NCBI GenBank assembly: GCA_965242965.1
Contig: OZ251518.1
Span: 2,169,838 to 2,233,837, forward strand
Source of the DNA: Candidatus Poribacteria bacterium
GTDB lineage: Bacteria > Poribacteria > WGA-4E > WGA-3G
Direction of reading: 5' to 3'
DNA: 64,000 nt
A program made the translations under genes and the position numbers. The notes under the pieces were generated by a model, which worked only from the letters and a program-made list of their open reading frames with translations, made no database searches and was not told the origin of the DNA. How positions within the stretch are numbered: position 1 is the stretch's first letter; each line of letters opens with the position of its first letter. Shown here in pieces: positions 17,727 to 28,494 of the stretch.

Positions 17727-19094
17727 ATGAGAAAAACCGATAAATCCAACATCCTCTTTATCACGGCGGACCAGCACCGATACGATTATCTTGAATCGGT
17801 AGAGGATGCTCCCGCCGCGCTCCAGACTCCTAACCTGCGACGCATCGCAGAACAGGGTGTCTATTTCCGGAATTGCACCACGAACGCCCCAGTCTGCGCG
17901 CCTGCACGAATCGCTTTGGCTACCGGGTTGCAACCCTCACGCGTCGGCGCGGTGGATAACGGTTGCTTCCTCCCAACTAACGTGCCAACTTACTATCAGC
18001 AACTTCGAGATAACGGATACCGCGTCGGTTGTGTCGGCAAACTGGATTTGGCGAAACCCGACGGCTATAACGGCCGCTACGGCGACAGACCTCGGGCATA
18101 CAGTTGGGGTTTCACGCACCCGGAAGAATGTGAAGGTAAGATGCACGCCGGCAGCTCGCCAACGCCAATCGGTCCTTATACCCATTACCTAGAAGAAAAG
18201 GGGCTGCTGAAGGCGTTCCACGATGATTATCGGAAACGGAGTGCCGGCGGCTGGATTAAAGAGGGCTCCTACGATTCTGTCCTCCCGGCAGAGGATTTTG
18301 AGGATACTTACATCGGCAGGCGCGCGGCGGAATTTATTCAGCAGATTCCGGCGGACTTCCCGTGGCACCTATTCGTCAGTTTCGTCGGACCGCATGATCC
18401 GTTCGATCCGCCCACGGAATACGCTGATAAGTATCGCAACGCAGCCATGCCGCCGCATATTACAGACGACATGCACGGGAAGCCGGAATGGGTAAAGCGG
18501 CGCGTCGTGAATCTCACACCGGAGGAAATTGCTGTCACGCGCCGGCAATACTGCGCCGCAACTGAACTGATTGACGCGCAAATCGGCGAAATGCTCGCTG
18601 CGCTGGAGCAACGCGGCATGCTTGAAAATACCTATATCCTCTACTCCAGCGACCACGGTGAGATGCTCGGGGACCACGGGCTTTACACGAAGAGTGTCGC
18701 GTATGAAGCGTCGTTGCGGGTGCCGCTGCTCATCGCGGGCCCTGGTATAACCGCCGGACAGACTTCAGACGCGCTGGTGGAACTCATCGATGTGAACCCG
18801 ACGATTTGCGAATTGGCAGGCGTTCCTGCGCTGGAAAATATCGATGCGCGCTCCATCACATCGGTGTTGCGCGGCGAGAGTGAAACGCATCGCACTGAAA
18901 CCGTCAGCGCGCTCCGCAATTTCCGGTGCATCCGCACTGCCACGCATAAACTGATTGAAAACTACAACGATGTGACAGAACTCTACGATTTGTCAACAGA
19001 TGCAACAGAGTTGCATAACATCGCGCGGACAGAACGCGAACTCGCAGGCCAACTGCGAACGCGTTTAGGACGACGTTTTCGTGCAGCACTATGA
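17727..19094 (+). CDS. sulfatase (arylsulfatase family)
   Basis: ILFITADQHRYDYLE...NCTTNAPVCAPARIALATG carries the C-x-P-x-R formylglycine motif; SSDHGEMLGDHG is in the C-terminal half. The start is set at MRKTDK (ATG 17727); the track ORF starts at 17712. Confidence 0.85.
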   Translation: MRKTDKSNILFITADQHRYDYLESVEDAPAALQTPNLRRIAEQGVYFRNCTTNAPVCAPARIALATGLQPSRVGAVDNGCFLPTNVPTYYQQLRDNGYRVGCVGKLDLAKPDGYNGRYGDRPRAYSWGFTHPEECEGKMHAGSSPTPIGPYTHYLEEKGLLKAFHDDYRKRSAGGWIKEGSYDSVLPAEDFEDTYIGRRAAEFIQQIPADFPWHLFVSFVGPHDPFDPPTEYADKYRNAAMPPHITDDMHGKPEWVKRRVVNLTPEEIAVTRRQYCAATELIDAQIGEMLAALEQRGMLENTYILYSSDHGEMLGDHGLYTKSVAYEASLRVPLLIAGPGITAGQTSDALVELIDVNPTICELAGVPALENIDARSITSVLRGESETHRTETVSALRNFRCIRTATHKLIENYNDVTELYDLSTDATELHNIARTERELAGQLRTRLGRRFRAAL

Positions 19095-20245
19095 GCACTA
19101 ATTTTGACGCGCGTCGGGCGTATCAGCATGTCAGGGAGATTGCCTTTCCGCGGGGCGTTGGGAGCGCGGGTGAAACGGCGGCGCGTGAGTATATCGTCCG
19201 GCATTTCAGGGACCTGGGACTGCATGTCGTGCGGGAGCCTTTCCACTTCACAAAATTCCCTGCGGAGGTGCTGCCGCGTCTCGTTTGTGCTATTTTCACA
19301 CCGATTGTGTTCATGGTGCCGTGGCTCGGCGAACGGTTTCCTATCGGCATGTGCATTCTTTGCCTAGGAAGTCTCGCCGTGGCGATGGGCTTCACACGGT
19401 GGCAACCGTGGCTAGAAAAGTTGTATGATGTCGGGAAAAAGTGTCGTTCGGAGAATGTCATCGCCACGAACGACGTGCCTCCAACCACGGGTGCGCCGAC
19501 ACTCATTTTCGTGGCGCATTACGACTCCAAATCGCAAGTGCTTCCGATTGCTGTGCGCGCAGTCGCTTACGGCATCGCAATCGTCGGGCTCATCAGCCTA
19601 ACGGGTTTCATACTCGTTCAGTTGCTGTTCCAATTCTGGCCGCCGAGCGCGGTTTTGTGGGGTATCGCCGGCGTGAGCGGTTTCTGTCTGTTGCTTTTGC
19701 AATTCAATTTCACGCAAAACCGTTCGCCCGGCGGTTTTGATAATGCTTCCGGGATTGGCGTTCTTTTGGAGTTAGCCCGGGCTGGCATGTCTCAAAAAGC
19801 GCGATGCATTTTTCTCGCCACCGGTGCGGAAGAATACGGTATGTGCGGCGCGTTGCGCTATATCCAACGGCACGCCGAAGAATATAACAAGCACCAAGTC
19901 TTTGTGCTCAACCTTGATGGGCTTGGCGTTGGCAATTCGGTGGATGTCATCACGCGCTATGGTATACCGCCGCTTCGCACGGCGCGAAAACTCGCTGAGG
20001 CACTTCAAACATCGGGTGAAGCACTCGGTATAAACGTTAGGGAACGCTATTTTCCGATCGGTGTCGGATTTGACAGTATCCCGATTGCAAGCCGTGGATT
20101 TGAGGCAGTCACGCTCACGTCGGGAGATGTCGGCAAGGTAGCCTTAAAAGTCCATTCCAAACACGACCGGGGTGAACTGCTCAACGTAGCCAGTTTACAA
20201 CGCGTAGGTGAACTCATTTTGTTGTTCCTAGGCGAAAGAACGTAG
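19091..20245 (+). CDS. M28-family zinc peptidase with internal membrane segments
   Basis: LIFVAHYDSKSQ, GGFDNASGIGVLLELARA and LATGAEEYGMCGALRYI are M28 zinc-ligand motifs. It overlaps the sulfatase stop (ATGA). Confidence 0.75.
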   Translation: MSTNFDARRAYQHVREIAFPRGVGSAGETAAREYIVRHFRDLGLHVVREPFHFTKFPAEVLPRLVCAIFTPIVFMVPWLGERFPIGMCILCLGSLAVAMGFTRWQPWLEKLYDVGKKCRSENVIATNDVPPTTGAPTLIFVAHYDSKSQVLPIAVRAVAYGIAIVGLISLTGFILVQLLFQFWPPSAVLWGIAGVSGFCLLLLQFNFTQNRSPGGFDNASGIGVLLELARAGMSQKARCIFLATGAEEYGMCGALRYIQRHAEEYNKHQVFVLNLDGLGVGNSVDVITRYGIPPLRTARKLAEALQTSGEALGINVRERYFPIGVGFDSIPIASRGFEAVTLTSGDVGKVALKVHSKHDRGELLNVASLQRVGELILLFLGERT

Positions 20246-20746
20246 TTAATTGAGGGTGTTTCATATTTCGATGCGTTCGGTAGGAGAGACCTCCTGGTCT
20301 CGATGCAATAGGCGGCGCGCCTACCGGAGCCGCGGCGGCAGAAGGTCCCCCTTCATCGTAGGGCGAGGGCCCGCGCAGGTTTCCACACGCGCAGGCGAGC
20401 CGGTTTCCCTCGCCAACGTTCGCTCGCCATGCCCTATAGGTCAGGCTCGCCTGATCCTGACCCGTTTGTGATCAGGCGAGCACAAACTACAGAGAGGGAA
20501 ACACACATCGGGACGATGGACAACGCGGGGGACAGGCCCACGCGCTACGGGAAAATCGAGACCGGGAGGTCTCTCCTACGGGAGCATCGCTTCGGGTAGG
20601 AGGGACATCCTTGTCCCGATACGCACAGTATAAAACGCATCGAGACCAGGAGGTCTCTCCTACGGGTGTGCATCGATTTATGAAACACCGTCAGTTAATG
20701 ACAACCTCACTGACGGATTACGTAAAGATACACACTTGCAACAACC

Positions 20747-21427
20747 ATGCATATCAAACGCATTGCGAAAGACAGAAAACCTGTCACAGGGATTATCCTC
20801 GCGGGTGGGAAAAGCCGACGGATGGGGAAAAATAAGGCGTTGCTGCGGCTCGGCGATAAGACACTCATCGAACACGTGATATGTCCGCTTCGCGAAGTGA
20901 CAGACGAACTGCTGCTCATCACCAAGAGTCCGCAAGAATACGCGCACCTGAACCTCCCGATGCACGATGATATTCTGCCGAATGCCGGGGCGTTAGGGGG
21001 CCTCCACGCCGGTCTGACGTATGCCTCGCACGAACTTGTGCTCTGCGTCGCGTGCGATAGCCCGTTCTTACAGCCTGCGCTGCTTACCTACCTCATTTCG
21101 GCGATGGCAACGGAGGACGATGCTGTCGTCCCTTACACCGAAGCCGAAGATGCATCGGGCAAAAAACGCCAGACAAAATACCAGACGCTGTGCGCTGTCT
21201 ACTCAAAACGGTGTTTGCCGGTGATTGAGCAAATGGTGTCGGCATCGGAGTTGCGCGTGCATCAACTCTATCGGCGTATCCGCTGCAGAGAGGTGCCGCC
21301 GGCGATATGGCGAACGTTTGATGCGGAAGGCGTGTCATTTTTCAACGTGAACACCCGCGCGGATTTCGTATTGGCACAGTCCATATTGATACGGGGCGAG
21401 GGACAGGAAACCCTCGCCCTGCGGTGA
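20747..21427 (+). CDS. mobA: molybdenum cofactor guanylyltransferase MobA-like
   Basis: VTGIILAGGKSRRMGKNKALLRLGDKTLIEHV is the MobA NTP-transferase N-terminal motif. The 3' end runs into a repeat unit. Confidence 0.7.
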   Translation: MHIKRIAKDRKPVTGIILAGGKSRRMGKNKALLRLGDKTLIEHVICPLREVTDELLLITKSPQEYAHLNLPMHDDILPNAGALGGLHAGLTYASHELVLCVACDSPFLQPALLTYLISAMATEDDAVVPYTEAEDASGKKRQTKYQTLCAVYSKRCLPVIEQMVSASELRVHQLYRRIRCREVPPAIWRTFDAEGVSFFNVNTRADFVLAQSILIRGEGQETLALR

Positions 21428-21436
21428 AAGGAGATG

Positions 21437-22162
21437 TTAATCGTCCTTGGGCCGATACTCAGTCAGGTGCGGTGGCAGAGGGAGATATTTGTATCCCTGT
21501 TTGCGCCGTTTTTCGCCTTGCGCAACTAAATACGCATAGCGTTCCTCAATCGTCTTGAACTGCGCACTGAACTCCTGTCTCATTCGGGCGCATTCTTCGA
21601 GGACCGGGTCGGTGTAAGTCTCCGGATCGAAGCCGGGGAGATAACACTTTCCAACGAATTTTTCTTTCATGACAAGTCCCTCCATTAAGATTGTCGGTGT
21701 GCAGATAGTAACAGGCTGAAACCCGGCTGCTTCGCACACACGGTAGATTTGCCGGCGTTGGTTTTCATTGACGAGATGCTTGTGGTTCCACGAGACAAGG
21801 TAATCCACACCCTGCACCGTGGCGATAGCAATGTGTTCAGCGTCTTCTCTTGATTTTGCTGGCACGGCACGGGCGGCGAGCAGCTGCTGCACAAGGGCAA
21901 AAGCTTCCGCAGAGAAAGGTAAGCAAGGGAAGTGCACAATGGCAGCGTTCCGCTTCCTTGCTTGAGCCCGATCGCCTCTGCTGATTTCACCAATCACTGT
22001 GTCGGAAACCACAAACGCAAATTGGTTTTGAAAATTCCTCCAAAAGCGGCGGCTTTCCGCTTGCCACAAGGCAAGTTGTGAATTCTGGCTCGGGTCCGCC
22101 ACGTAGTAACTGATAACCGTCGGGTCAAGATAGACTCGCGGGTTTTGTGCATAGGTGAACAT
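21437..22162 (-). CDS. hypothetical protein, N-terminal PIN-like domain
   Basis: VYLDPTVISYYV...(~130 aa)...IAIATVQGVDYLVSWNHKHL resembles PIN acidic-residue spacing. The C-terminal ~90 aa is unassigned. Confidence 0.4.
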   Translation of the reverse strand: MFTYAQNPRVYLDPTVISYYVADPSQNSQLALWQAESRRFWRNFQNQFAFVVSDTVIGEISRGDRAQARKRNAAIVHFPCLPFSAEAFALVQQLLAARAVPAKSREDAEHIAIATVQGVDYLVSWNHKHLVNENQRRQIYRVCEAAGFQPVTICTPTILMEGLVMKEKFVGKCYLPGFDPETYTDPVLEECARMRQEFSAQFKTIEERYAYLVAQGEKRRKQGYKYLPLPPHLTEYRPKDD

Positions 22163-22292
22163 GAAAGAATTATACCTTTATTTCCGGTAAATGTCCAGAA
22201 AATTGTGGGCAGGATTCGAGAGTGATAGGAGACACTTCTCCTCCTTTTGTCCCTCGCCGGGCATGAAATCCCGCAAATCCCCTATTCAGACA

Positions 22293-22763
22293 TCAGACAG
22301 CCCCTTCCAACTCCGCCTGACACTCAGCACAATACCCAATAATTTCATTCCGGAAGCGGACAGATTTAAACCCGTGCTCTTCGCACACGGCTTTTTGGAG
22401 CGCGTCGATTTTCGGTTCCCTGAATTCGACGATCTGGTTGCACCGGAGGCAGATCAGATGCGCATGTTCACGAAGCGAATGGATGCTCTCATAACGGGTA
22501 TTCTTTTGCGCGTCAATAAATTCTGTCAGCAGCCCGCTTTTGACGAGGAGCGGCAGCGTCCGGTAAATCGTCGGCCGCGAGGCGAGGTAGCCGTTCCGCC
22601 GCATCTGAACGAGTAAGTCTTCGGCTTGGAAATGCCCGTTGTAGGCGTAGACCTGCTCTAAAATGTCCTGCCGTTTGCTGGTCAGACGGAGCCCGCAACT
22701 TTCAAGATAGTCTTTGAATTGTTTAACAAAATCGGAGGGGATTGTGTTTTCGGTGCTTTTCAT
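22293..22763 (-). CDS. Fur-family transcriptional regulator (Fur/Zur/PerR)
   Basis: LRLTSKRQDILEQV (DNA-binding helix), HAHLICLRCNQIVEF (HxHxxCxxC) and a C-terminal CAEC are a Fur-family metal-site arrangement. Confidence 0.8.
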   Translation of the reverse strand: MKSTENTIPSDFVKQFKDYLESCGLRLTSKRQDILEQVYAYNGHFQAEDLLVQMRRNGYLASRPTIYRTLPLLVKSGLLTEFIDAQKNTRYESIHSLREHAHLICLRCNQIVEFREPKIDALQKAVCEEHGFKSVRFRNEIIGYCAECQAELEGAV

Positions 22764-22928
22764 GGTGATTCCTTATTTCAACGTTCGCGGGGGACAGGCC
22801 CCGCGCTACGGTATCAGAGGGCGGCACTCGCGGGGGACAGGCCCCCGCGCTACGGTATCAGAAGGTTCTCGTATCGCGGATGAGGCGGACAGGCCCCCAC
22901 TACGGCACCAGAGGGTTCTCGCATCTCG

Positions 22929-23777
22929 TTATGCGAAAACTACCTTGCATCCGGGCTCTGCGAGTCGATGTTTCACGGCGAGCTCATAAAACCGCCGGAG
23001 GCCCGCGATTTCGGATTCTCCCAACCCGTAATGGATATGCTTTTGCAGGTAATCGCGGCAGAGCGGTTCGGACAAACCCAATTTGTCGGATTCAATTCGT
23101 GCGATTTTTGGGATTTGCGTTATCCCGCGCGTCTTCGCCTCGCGCAATACATTGGGGGCATCGCCGAGTTGCACGCCGGCCCGCGCTACCCAGCACGCAT
23201 AGACAAACGGCAAGCCGGTGAGTTCATGCCACGCCGTCCCAAGGTCAAGGCTATATTCAGTTGCGTCCAATCGTCGAAGGGCGGCATCGCCGATGAGTAG
23301 CACGGCTTGATAGTCTGCCGTGCCCGGGTCAGTGGACGGCGCGCACGGTGTGAACGTCGGCTGAATGCCGTATTTCTCAGCCAGCAAAATTTTCAGGAGC
23401 GCGATGGACGAACGCGAACTGGTATCCAATGCGATTTGCCGAATCTCTGAAATCGGCACGCGGCTGAAAAGTTGGATGCTGAGGACACTCCCGTGCGAAG
23501 CGATTGCAATGTCAGGCAAAATGCGGCACCCGGCATCGGAGGAACGGAAGTATTCAATAATCGGAATCAAGCCGATGTCCAGTTCCTCTGCCTTTAACAG
23601 CACGGCGAGTCGGCTCGGCACCTCAACGCTGAGCGCGATATCCGTCGGAATCTCCCCGTTCAAGAGCGGATAGATAAGCGGTTTCGTGTTCAAGAACGAA
23701 ACCGCCCCGACTCTTAATCGCGATTTGCCATCACCACCGCCCGATCGGTTCTCGGCTACGCCGCTTTTCTGTGCCAC
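22929..23777 (-). CDS. mqnA: chorismate dehydratase MqnA (futalosine menaquinone pathway)
   Basis: RVGAVSFLNTKPLIYPL N-terminal signature of the MqnA/MqnD periplasmic-binding-like family. It lies adjacent to a radical-SAM Mqn gene. Confidence 0.7.
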   Translation of the reverse strand: MAQKSGVAENRSGGGDGKSRLRVGAVSFLNTKPLIYPLLNGEIPTDIALSVEVPSRLAVLLKAEELDIGLIPIIEYFRSSDAGCRILPDIAIASHGSVLSIQLFSRVPISEIRQIALDTSSRSSIALLKILLAEKYGIQPTFTPCAPSTDPGTADYQAVLLIGDAALRRLDATEYSLDLGTAWHELTGLPFVYACWVARAGVQLGDAPNVLREAKTRGITQIPKIARIESDKLGLSEPLCRDYLQKHIHYGLGESEIAGLRRFYELAVKHRLAEPGCKVVFA

Positions 23778-24892
23778 CGTTCTCCCTCTCGGATGATTTC
23801 GTTGTAGAGCGTGTCACGTTCAACAGGCACAAATCCTGCTTCTTCAATGAGGCGCGTGAGTGCTTGCACGGAGACTGCCTCCGGCGTATCTGCGCCAGCC
23901 ATGTGCGTGATCTTCTCCTCTGTCACCGTGCCATCAATATCGTCTGCGCCAAAACGAAGCGCGACTTGGGCGGTTTTCAACCCTGTCATAATCCAATATA
24001 CCTTGATGTGCGGCAGGTTATCTAGCATCAGTCGCGCCACGGCGATGTTACGCAGGTCTGTCACCCCGGAAGTTGAGGGGAGGTATGCCATCCGCGTGTT
24101 AGCAGGATGAAACGCCAGGGGAATGAACGTCACAAATCCGCCGGATTTATCCTGCTGTTCGCGCAAGCGAATGAGATGATCTACGCGGTCTTCGTTACTT
24201 TCAAGGTGCCCGTAGAGCATCGTCGCGTTGGTAGGAATACCGAGTCGGTGCGCAATGTCATGCACCTCTAACCATCCCTCTGCGCTGAGTTTGCCGGGAC
24301 AGATTTTCTCGCGCGTCTCTTCGGCGAACACCTCGGCACCGCCGCCGGGTAGCGAGTCTAACCCTGCATCCTTCAACTGCGTTAATACCTCCTCTATTGA
24401 CATCTTAAAGATGCGCGAGAAGTGGTGAATTTCAACAGCCGTGAAGAATTTGAGGTGGACCTGGGGCATCCGTGCCTTAAGCCCACGAATGATGTCAAGG
24501 TAGTAGTCAAACGGCAGTTTGGGGTGCAGTCCGCCGACGCTATGAACCTCGGTGCATCCGTGCTCTATTGAATACATCGCCTTGTCCAAAAACTCGTCAA
24601 CGCTCATCTCCCATGCGCCCTCGGTTTGCATATTTTTTCGGGCGAATGCACAGAAGTGGCAGCGCGCGTGCAGGATGCACACATTCGAGTAGTCAATGTG
24701 CTGGTTGATGTTATAGTAAGCGATGTTGCCGCTGAAACGTTCGCGGACGTGATTAGCGATGAAGCCGACACCGGTAATATCGGGGCTTTCGTAAAGCGCA
24801 ACCCCGTCGTCAAAACTGAGGCGTTCCTCTGCCTTGACTTTATCGTAGATAGCCGGCAATCTGATGTCTGTAAAGCGACTATAGTTCTCCAT
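23756..24892 (-). CDS. radical SAM menaquinone biosynthesis enzyme, MqnE/MqnC (CofH-like) family
   Basis: YYNINQHIDYSNVCILHARCHFCAFARK cysteine cluster. The C-terminal half has the Mqn/CofH-like TIM-barrel pattern (GGFVTFIPLAFHPANT, GADDIDGT). It overlaps the mqnA start. Confidence 0.7.
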   Translation of the reverse strand: MENYSRFTDIRLPAIYDKVKAEERLSFDDGVALYESPDITGVGFIANHVRERFSGNIAYYNINQHIDYSNVCILHARCHFCAFARKNMQTEGAWEMSVDEFLDKAMYSIEHGCTEVHSVGGLHPKLPFDYYLDIIRGLKARMPQVHLKFFTAVEIHHFSRIFKMSIEEVLTQLKDAGLDSLPGGGAEVFAEETREKICPGKLSAEGWLEVHDIAHRLGIPTNATMLYGHLESNEDRVDHLIRLREQQDKSGGFVTFIPLAFHPANTRMAYLPSTSGVTDLRNIAVARLMLDNLPHIKVYWIMTGLKTAQVALRFGADDIDGTVTEEKITHMAGADTPEAVSVQALTRLIEEAGFVPVERDTLYNEIIREGERWHRKAA

Positions 24893-25037
24893 TAATTTTC
24901 CTTATTTCATTAGGATAGACGCAAAACGATGCATTTGCGCCTATCCTGAAAAAATTTCTTGACATATATCTCACAATAAAGGTATTATAGCATAGTAATC
25001 TTAAAAATGCAAGAATTTTTGAAATCGAGATAAAATT

Positions 25038-25838
25038 ATGCCAAAATTTGGACTGATTCATTACAACTACGCCAGCAAGTCGCTTGACGATTTCCTGAAA
25101 TTTACGAGTGAGACAGGGTTCGGCTACGTTGAACTGCAGATAAGCGATGTCTGGCAGGCGGAAACGGCAGATGCGGAGAAGAACGCCGAACTTGTGCGGC
25201 AGCAGGTGGAGTCTTACGGCTTGCAAGTATCGGCACTGGCGGCGGGGAACGATTTCGTCGTGCTGGAAGAGGCGACTATCCGCGCGCAGGTGGAACGGAT
25301 GGAACGCATCGCGGGCCTCGCGAAACGCCTCGGCACTTCGGTGCTTCGGACGGAAGGCGGCGCGCCGAAGGAAGCAGTGCCGGAAAGCCGATGGGTTGAA
25401 GCGATGGCGGGATGTCTCACAAGATGCCTTGAATTCGCAGAGCGGCACGATGTCTACCTCGCTGTCGACAACCACGGTCTGGTTACCAACGACGGTGATT
25501 TGCAGGTAGAACTCTTTGAGCGCGTCGCCTCCAAACGCGTCGGCGCGAACATGGACACGATGAACTACCGCTGGGCAGGGCACGAACTGGAAACGGTAGG
25601 CAGGTATTATGAAATCGTCGCACCGTGGACGTTGCACACGCACCTGAAGGATGGCACCGGTTCGCGAGGCGATTATCGCGGCGAGGCACTCGGTGAAGGG
25701 GAAATCGAACTCGGGAAGGCAATCCGCTGCTTAAAAGCGGCTGGTTATGAGGGTGTCTGGTGCTGCGAGTATGAGGGACGCGAAAACGACGGCACGGGCC
25801 AGCGGAAGAGTTTCGCTTGGATGCAGGCGAATCTGTAA
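25038..25838 (+). CDS. sugar phosphate isomerase/epimerase (xylose isomerase-like TIM barrel)
   Basis: GFGYVELQ, LAVDNHG and TLHTHLKDG are conserved AP-endonuclease-2/xylose-isomerase-like motifs. Confidence 0.75.
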   Translation: MPKFGLIHYNYASKSLDDFLKFTSETGFGYVELQISDVWQAETADAEKNAELVRQQVESYGLQVSALAAGNDFVVLEEATIRAQVERMERIAGLAKRLGTSVLRTEGGAPKEAVPESRWVEAMAGCLTRCLEFAERHDVYLAVDNHGLVTNDGDLQVELFERVASKRVGANMDTMNYRWAGHELETVGRYYEIVAPWTLHTHLKDGTGSRGDYRGEALGEGEIELGKAIRCLKAAGYEGVWCCEYEGRENDGTGQRKSFAWMQANL

Positions 25839-25845
25839 CACGAAA

Positions 25846-26661
25846 ATGCCACCTCGCATTATCACCTTAACAACTGATTTCGGCACTAGCGACGCTTACG
25901 TCGGTGTCATGAAAGGCGTAATTCTGGGCATTAACCCGAATGCGCAGATAGTCGACATCACGCATGCGATTCCGCCGCAAGATGTCCACGAAGCGGCGTT
26001 CCTCATTCATTCGGCGCACCGCTACTTCCCGCAAGGCACGATTCATACCATCGTCGTTGACCCGGGTGTCGGCAGCAATCGCCGGGCAATCGTTTGCCAA
26101 ACCGACAGCGCGTTTTTCGTTTGTCCTGACAATGGGGTGTTAAGTTATCTGGTAGGGGAGAACTCGGGGCTTGATGTCTCGGCGGTAACCATTGAAAACC
26201 CGACGTATCTCTTACCGCATGTCAGCAATACCTTCCACGGCAGAGATATTTTCGCCCCGGTTGCGGCGCATCTCTCCCTCGATGTGCCGCTTGCCGATAT
26301 CGGAACCCCGGTTCACAACCTCGTTCAACTGCCAATTCCGACGATGCACATCGCTGAAGATACGCTGATCGGAGAGATTATCAAGGTGGATAGTTTCGGG
26401 AATCTGATAACGAATATCTCACAGTCGGATTTTGTGGCGTTCACGGGAACCGCTTCTGTCTATACCATTCAGGCAGGCGACGTGTGTATTAACCGTCTGA
26501 ACCGTGCCTATGCCGCGTCTGATACAGGCGAACCGCTGGCGATTATTGGCAGCTTTGGGTTGCTAGAGATTGCAGTGAATTGTGGCAGTGCCGAAGAACA
26601 TTTGGGATTGAAACGGGGGGATGCCGTTAGTATCAAGAAAAAACGCGCGCCCAACGAATAA
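25846..26661 (+). CDS. SAM hydroxide adenosyltransferase (DUF62, SAM hydrolase/fluorinase-like)
   Basis: IITLTTDFGTSDAYVGVMKGVI conserved N-terminus. The start is set at the ATG at 25846 (MPPRI). Confidence 0.75.
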   Translation: MPPRIITLTTDFGTSDAYVGVMKGVILGINPNAQIVDITHAIPPQDVHEAAFLIHSAHRYFPQGTIHTIVVDPGVGSNRRAIVCQTDSAFFVCPDNGVLSYLVGENSGLDVSAVTIENPTYLLPHVSNTFHGRDIFAPVAAHLSLDVPLADIGTPVHNLVQLPIPTMHIAEDTLIGEIIKVDSFGNLITNISQSDFVAFTGTASVYTIQAGDVCINRLNRAYAASDTGEPLAIIGSFGLLEIAVNCGSAEEHLGLKRGDAVSIKKKRAPNE

Positions 26662-26965
26662 TAGCAACAAGTTATAGGAGGGTGTTTCATAAATCGCTCA
26701 ACGTCGCGGTGCCAGACCCCGCGCTACGGTGAAAAAACGCCTCCCTTTCACGTAGGGCGAGGGCCTGTCCCTCGCCACGCGTTTGGCTGGTAGACCGCCT
26801 CACCCCTGTAGATCAGGATCGCCTGATCCTGATCCGTTCGGGATCGGGCGATCCCGAACTACAAAGGTGGGCCCGATGTCTTCTGGTATTCGCCCTCCCT
26901 CCAAGGCGGGATAAATGCCGAAACGGAGTTATGAAACTCCCTCAAATAAATAGGAGAAAATCGAA

Positions 26966-27967
26966 TTGAAAGAGATTGTTTTAACAGGCATCAAACCGAC
27001 AGGGCAGCCGCACCTCGGCAACTACCTCGGCATGCTGAAACCCGCGCTGGAACTCGCGGAAGACCCGGGTAAAGAGAGACTCGCACTCTACTTCATCGCC
27101 GATTACCACGCACTCACCACGGTAAAAAGCAAGAAAGAGTTGCAGGATTTGACAAACCAGGCCGCCGCGACCTGGCTGGCATTGGGACTTAACCCGGACG
27201 AGGCAATTCTCTATCGCCAATCGGATGTACCGGAGGTGTTTGAGTTAGCGTGGGTGTTGGCATGTTTCACGGCAAAGGGGTTGCTCAACCGCGCGCACGC
27301 CTATAAAGCGATAGTTGACGATAACCTCGCCGCCGGCCGTGAGGCGGACAAAGGCATCAACGCGGGCTTGTTCACGTATCCTGTTTTGATGGCGGCGGAT
27401 ATCCTGCTATACGGAACGCATATCGTCCCGGTCGGCTTGGATCAGCGGCAACACCTTGAAGTAACGCGCGATGTCGCCATCGCCTTCAATAAAAACTACG
27501 GGAACGTTTTGACGGTGCCGAAAGCCGTCATCCGGAAAGAGGTGATGACTATCCCCGGTCTTGACGGTAGGAAGATGAGCAAAAGTTACAACAACGTCAT
27601 TCCGCTGTTCGCGCCATCAACCCAGATTCGGAAGCAGGTCCGACGGATTGTAACGGATTCTAAGCGGCCGGAAGAACCGAAGGATCCGGAGGGATGCAAC
27701 GTCTTCGCTATCTATCGGCATTTTGCGGATGGGGATGCGGTTGAAGCGAAACGGCAGCTCTATCTGAACGGCGGCCTCGGCTACGGCGACATGAAGCAGG
27801 AGCTCTTCGAGTTGTTAGACGCGACCTTTTCCGCACAGCGCGATACGTATAACGCATTGATGGAAAATCGGGACGAGTTGGACACGGTGCTTCGGCACGG
27901 TGCTGAGAAAGCGCGGGACATTGCGGTGCCGATTTTGCGTAAGGTTCGGAAGGCGGTGGGGGTGTAG
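26966..27967 (+). CDS. trpS: tryptophan--tRNA ligase
   Basis: TGIKPTGQPHLGNYLG (HIGH-class motif region) and KMSKSYNNVIPLF (KMSKS). TTG start preceded by AGGAGA. Confidence 0.9.
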   Translation: MKEIVLTGIKPTGQPHLGNYLGMLKPALELAEDPGKERLALYFIADYHALTTVKSKKELQDLTNQAAATWLALGLNPDEAILYRQSDVPEVFELAWVLACFTAKGLLNRAHAYKAIVDDNLAAGREADKGINAGLFTYPVLMAADILLYGTHIVPVGLDQRQHLEVTRDVAIAFNKNYGNVLTVPKAVIRKEVMTIPGLDGRKMSKSYNNVIPLFAPSTQIRKQVRRIVTDSKRPEEPKDPEGCNVFAIYRHFADGDAVEAKRQLYLNGGLGYGDMKQELFELLDATFSAQRDTYNALMENRDELDTVLRHGAEKARDIAVPILRKVRKAVGV

Positions 27968-28494
27968 TCTCGAATTTTCCGGTGTAACGCATATTCCAAC
28001 GTAGGGCGAGGACCACGGGGACACATCGAGACCGGGAGGTCTCTCCTACATAACGCATATTCCAACGTAGGGCGAGGGCCCTCGGATGCCACACGCGCAT
28101 CCGAGCGGGTTTCCCTCGCCATGCGTTTGGTTGGCAGACCTCATCACCCTTGTAGTTCAGGATTGTCTGAAGCTCTGGCACATTTGCCAAGCGATCCTGA
28201 CCCGTTCGGGAGCGGGCGCTCCCGAACTACAGAGGTGGGCCCGATACGCGCCCCCTCGCTTTTCTATCGGTATTCGTCCTTCCCCTAAGGGGCGTAAATT
28301 TATGATACACCCTCATCTAATTTTGACCCGGGCGGGCTCAATACCCAGTAGGAGAGACCTCCCGGTCTCGATGCAATATCCCGGTAGGAGAGACCTCCCG
28401 GTCTCGATGAATCACACCCCATCGGGACAAGGATGTCCCTCCTACCCAAATAACACCAGAAGTAGGCGCGCCCTCCCAGTCTCGATGCCCACTC

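Noticed and set aside
24879-25643. 254-aa minus-strand ORF
   Set aside because: It is antisense to the well-supported sugar phosphate isomerase gene (25038..25838). It is Arg-rich with low-complexity composition typical of antisense frames in high-GC DNA.
27968-28494. Type III res (restriction helicase) gene downstream of mod
   Set aside because: The ~530 bp between mod and the convergent trpS is entirely MITE sequence with no long ORF. hicB/hyp317 and the repeats upstream are also not res. The mod is therefore treated as orphan.
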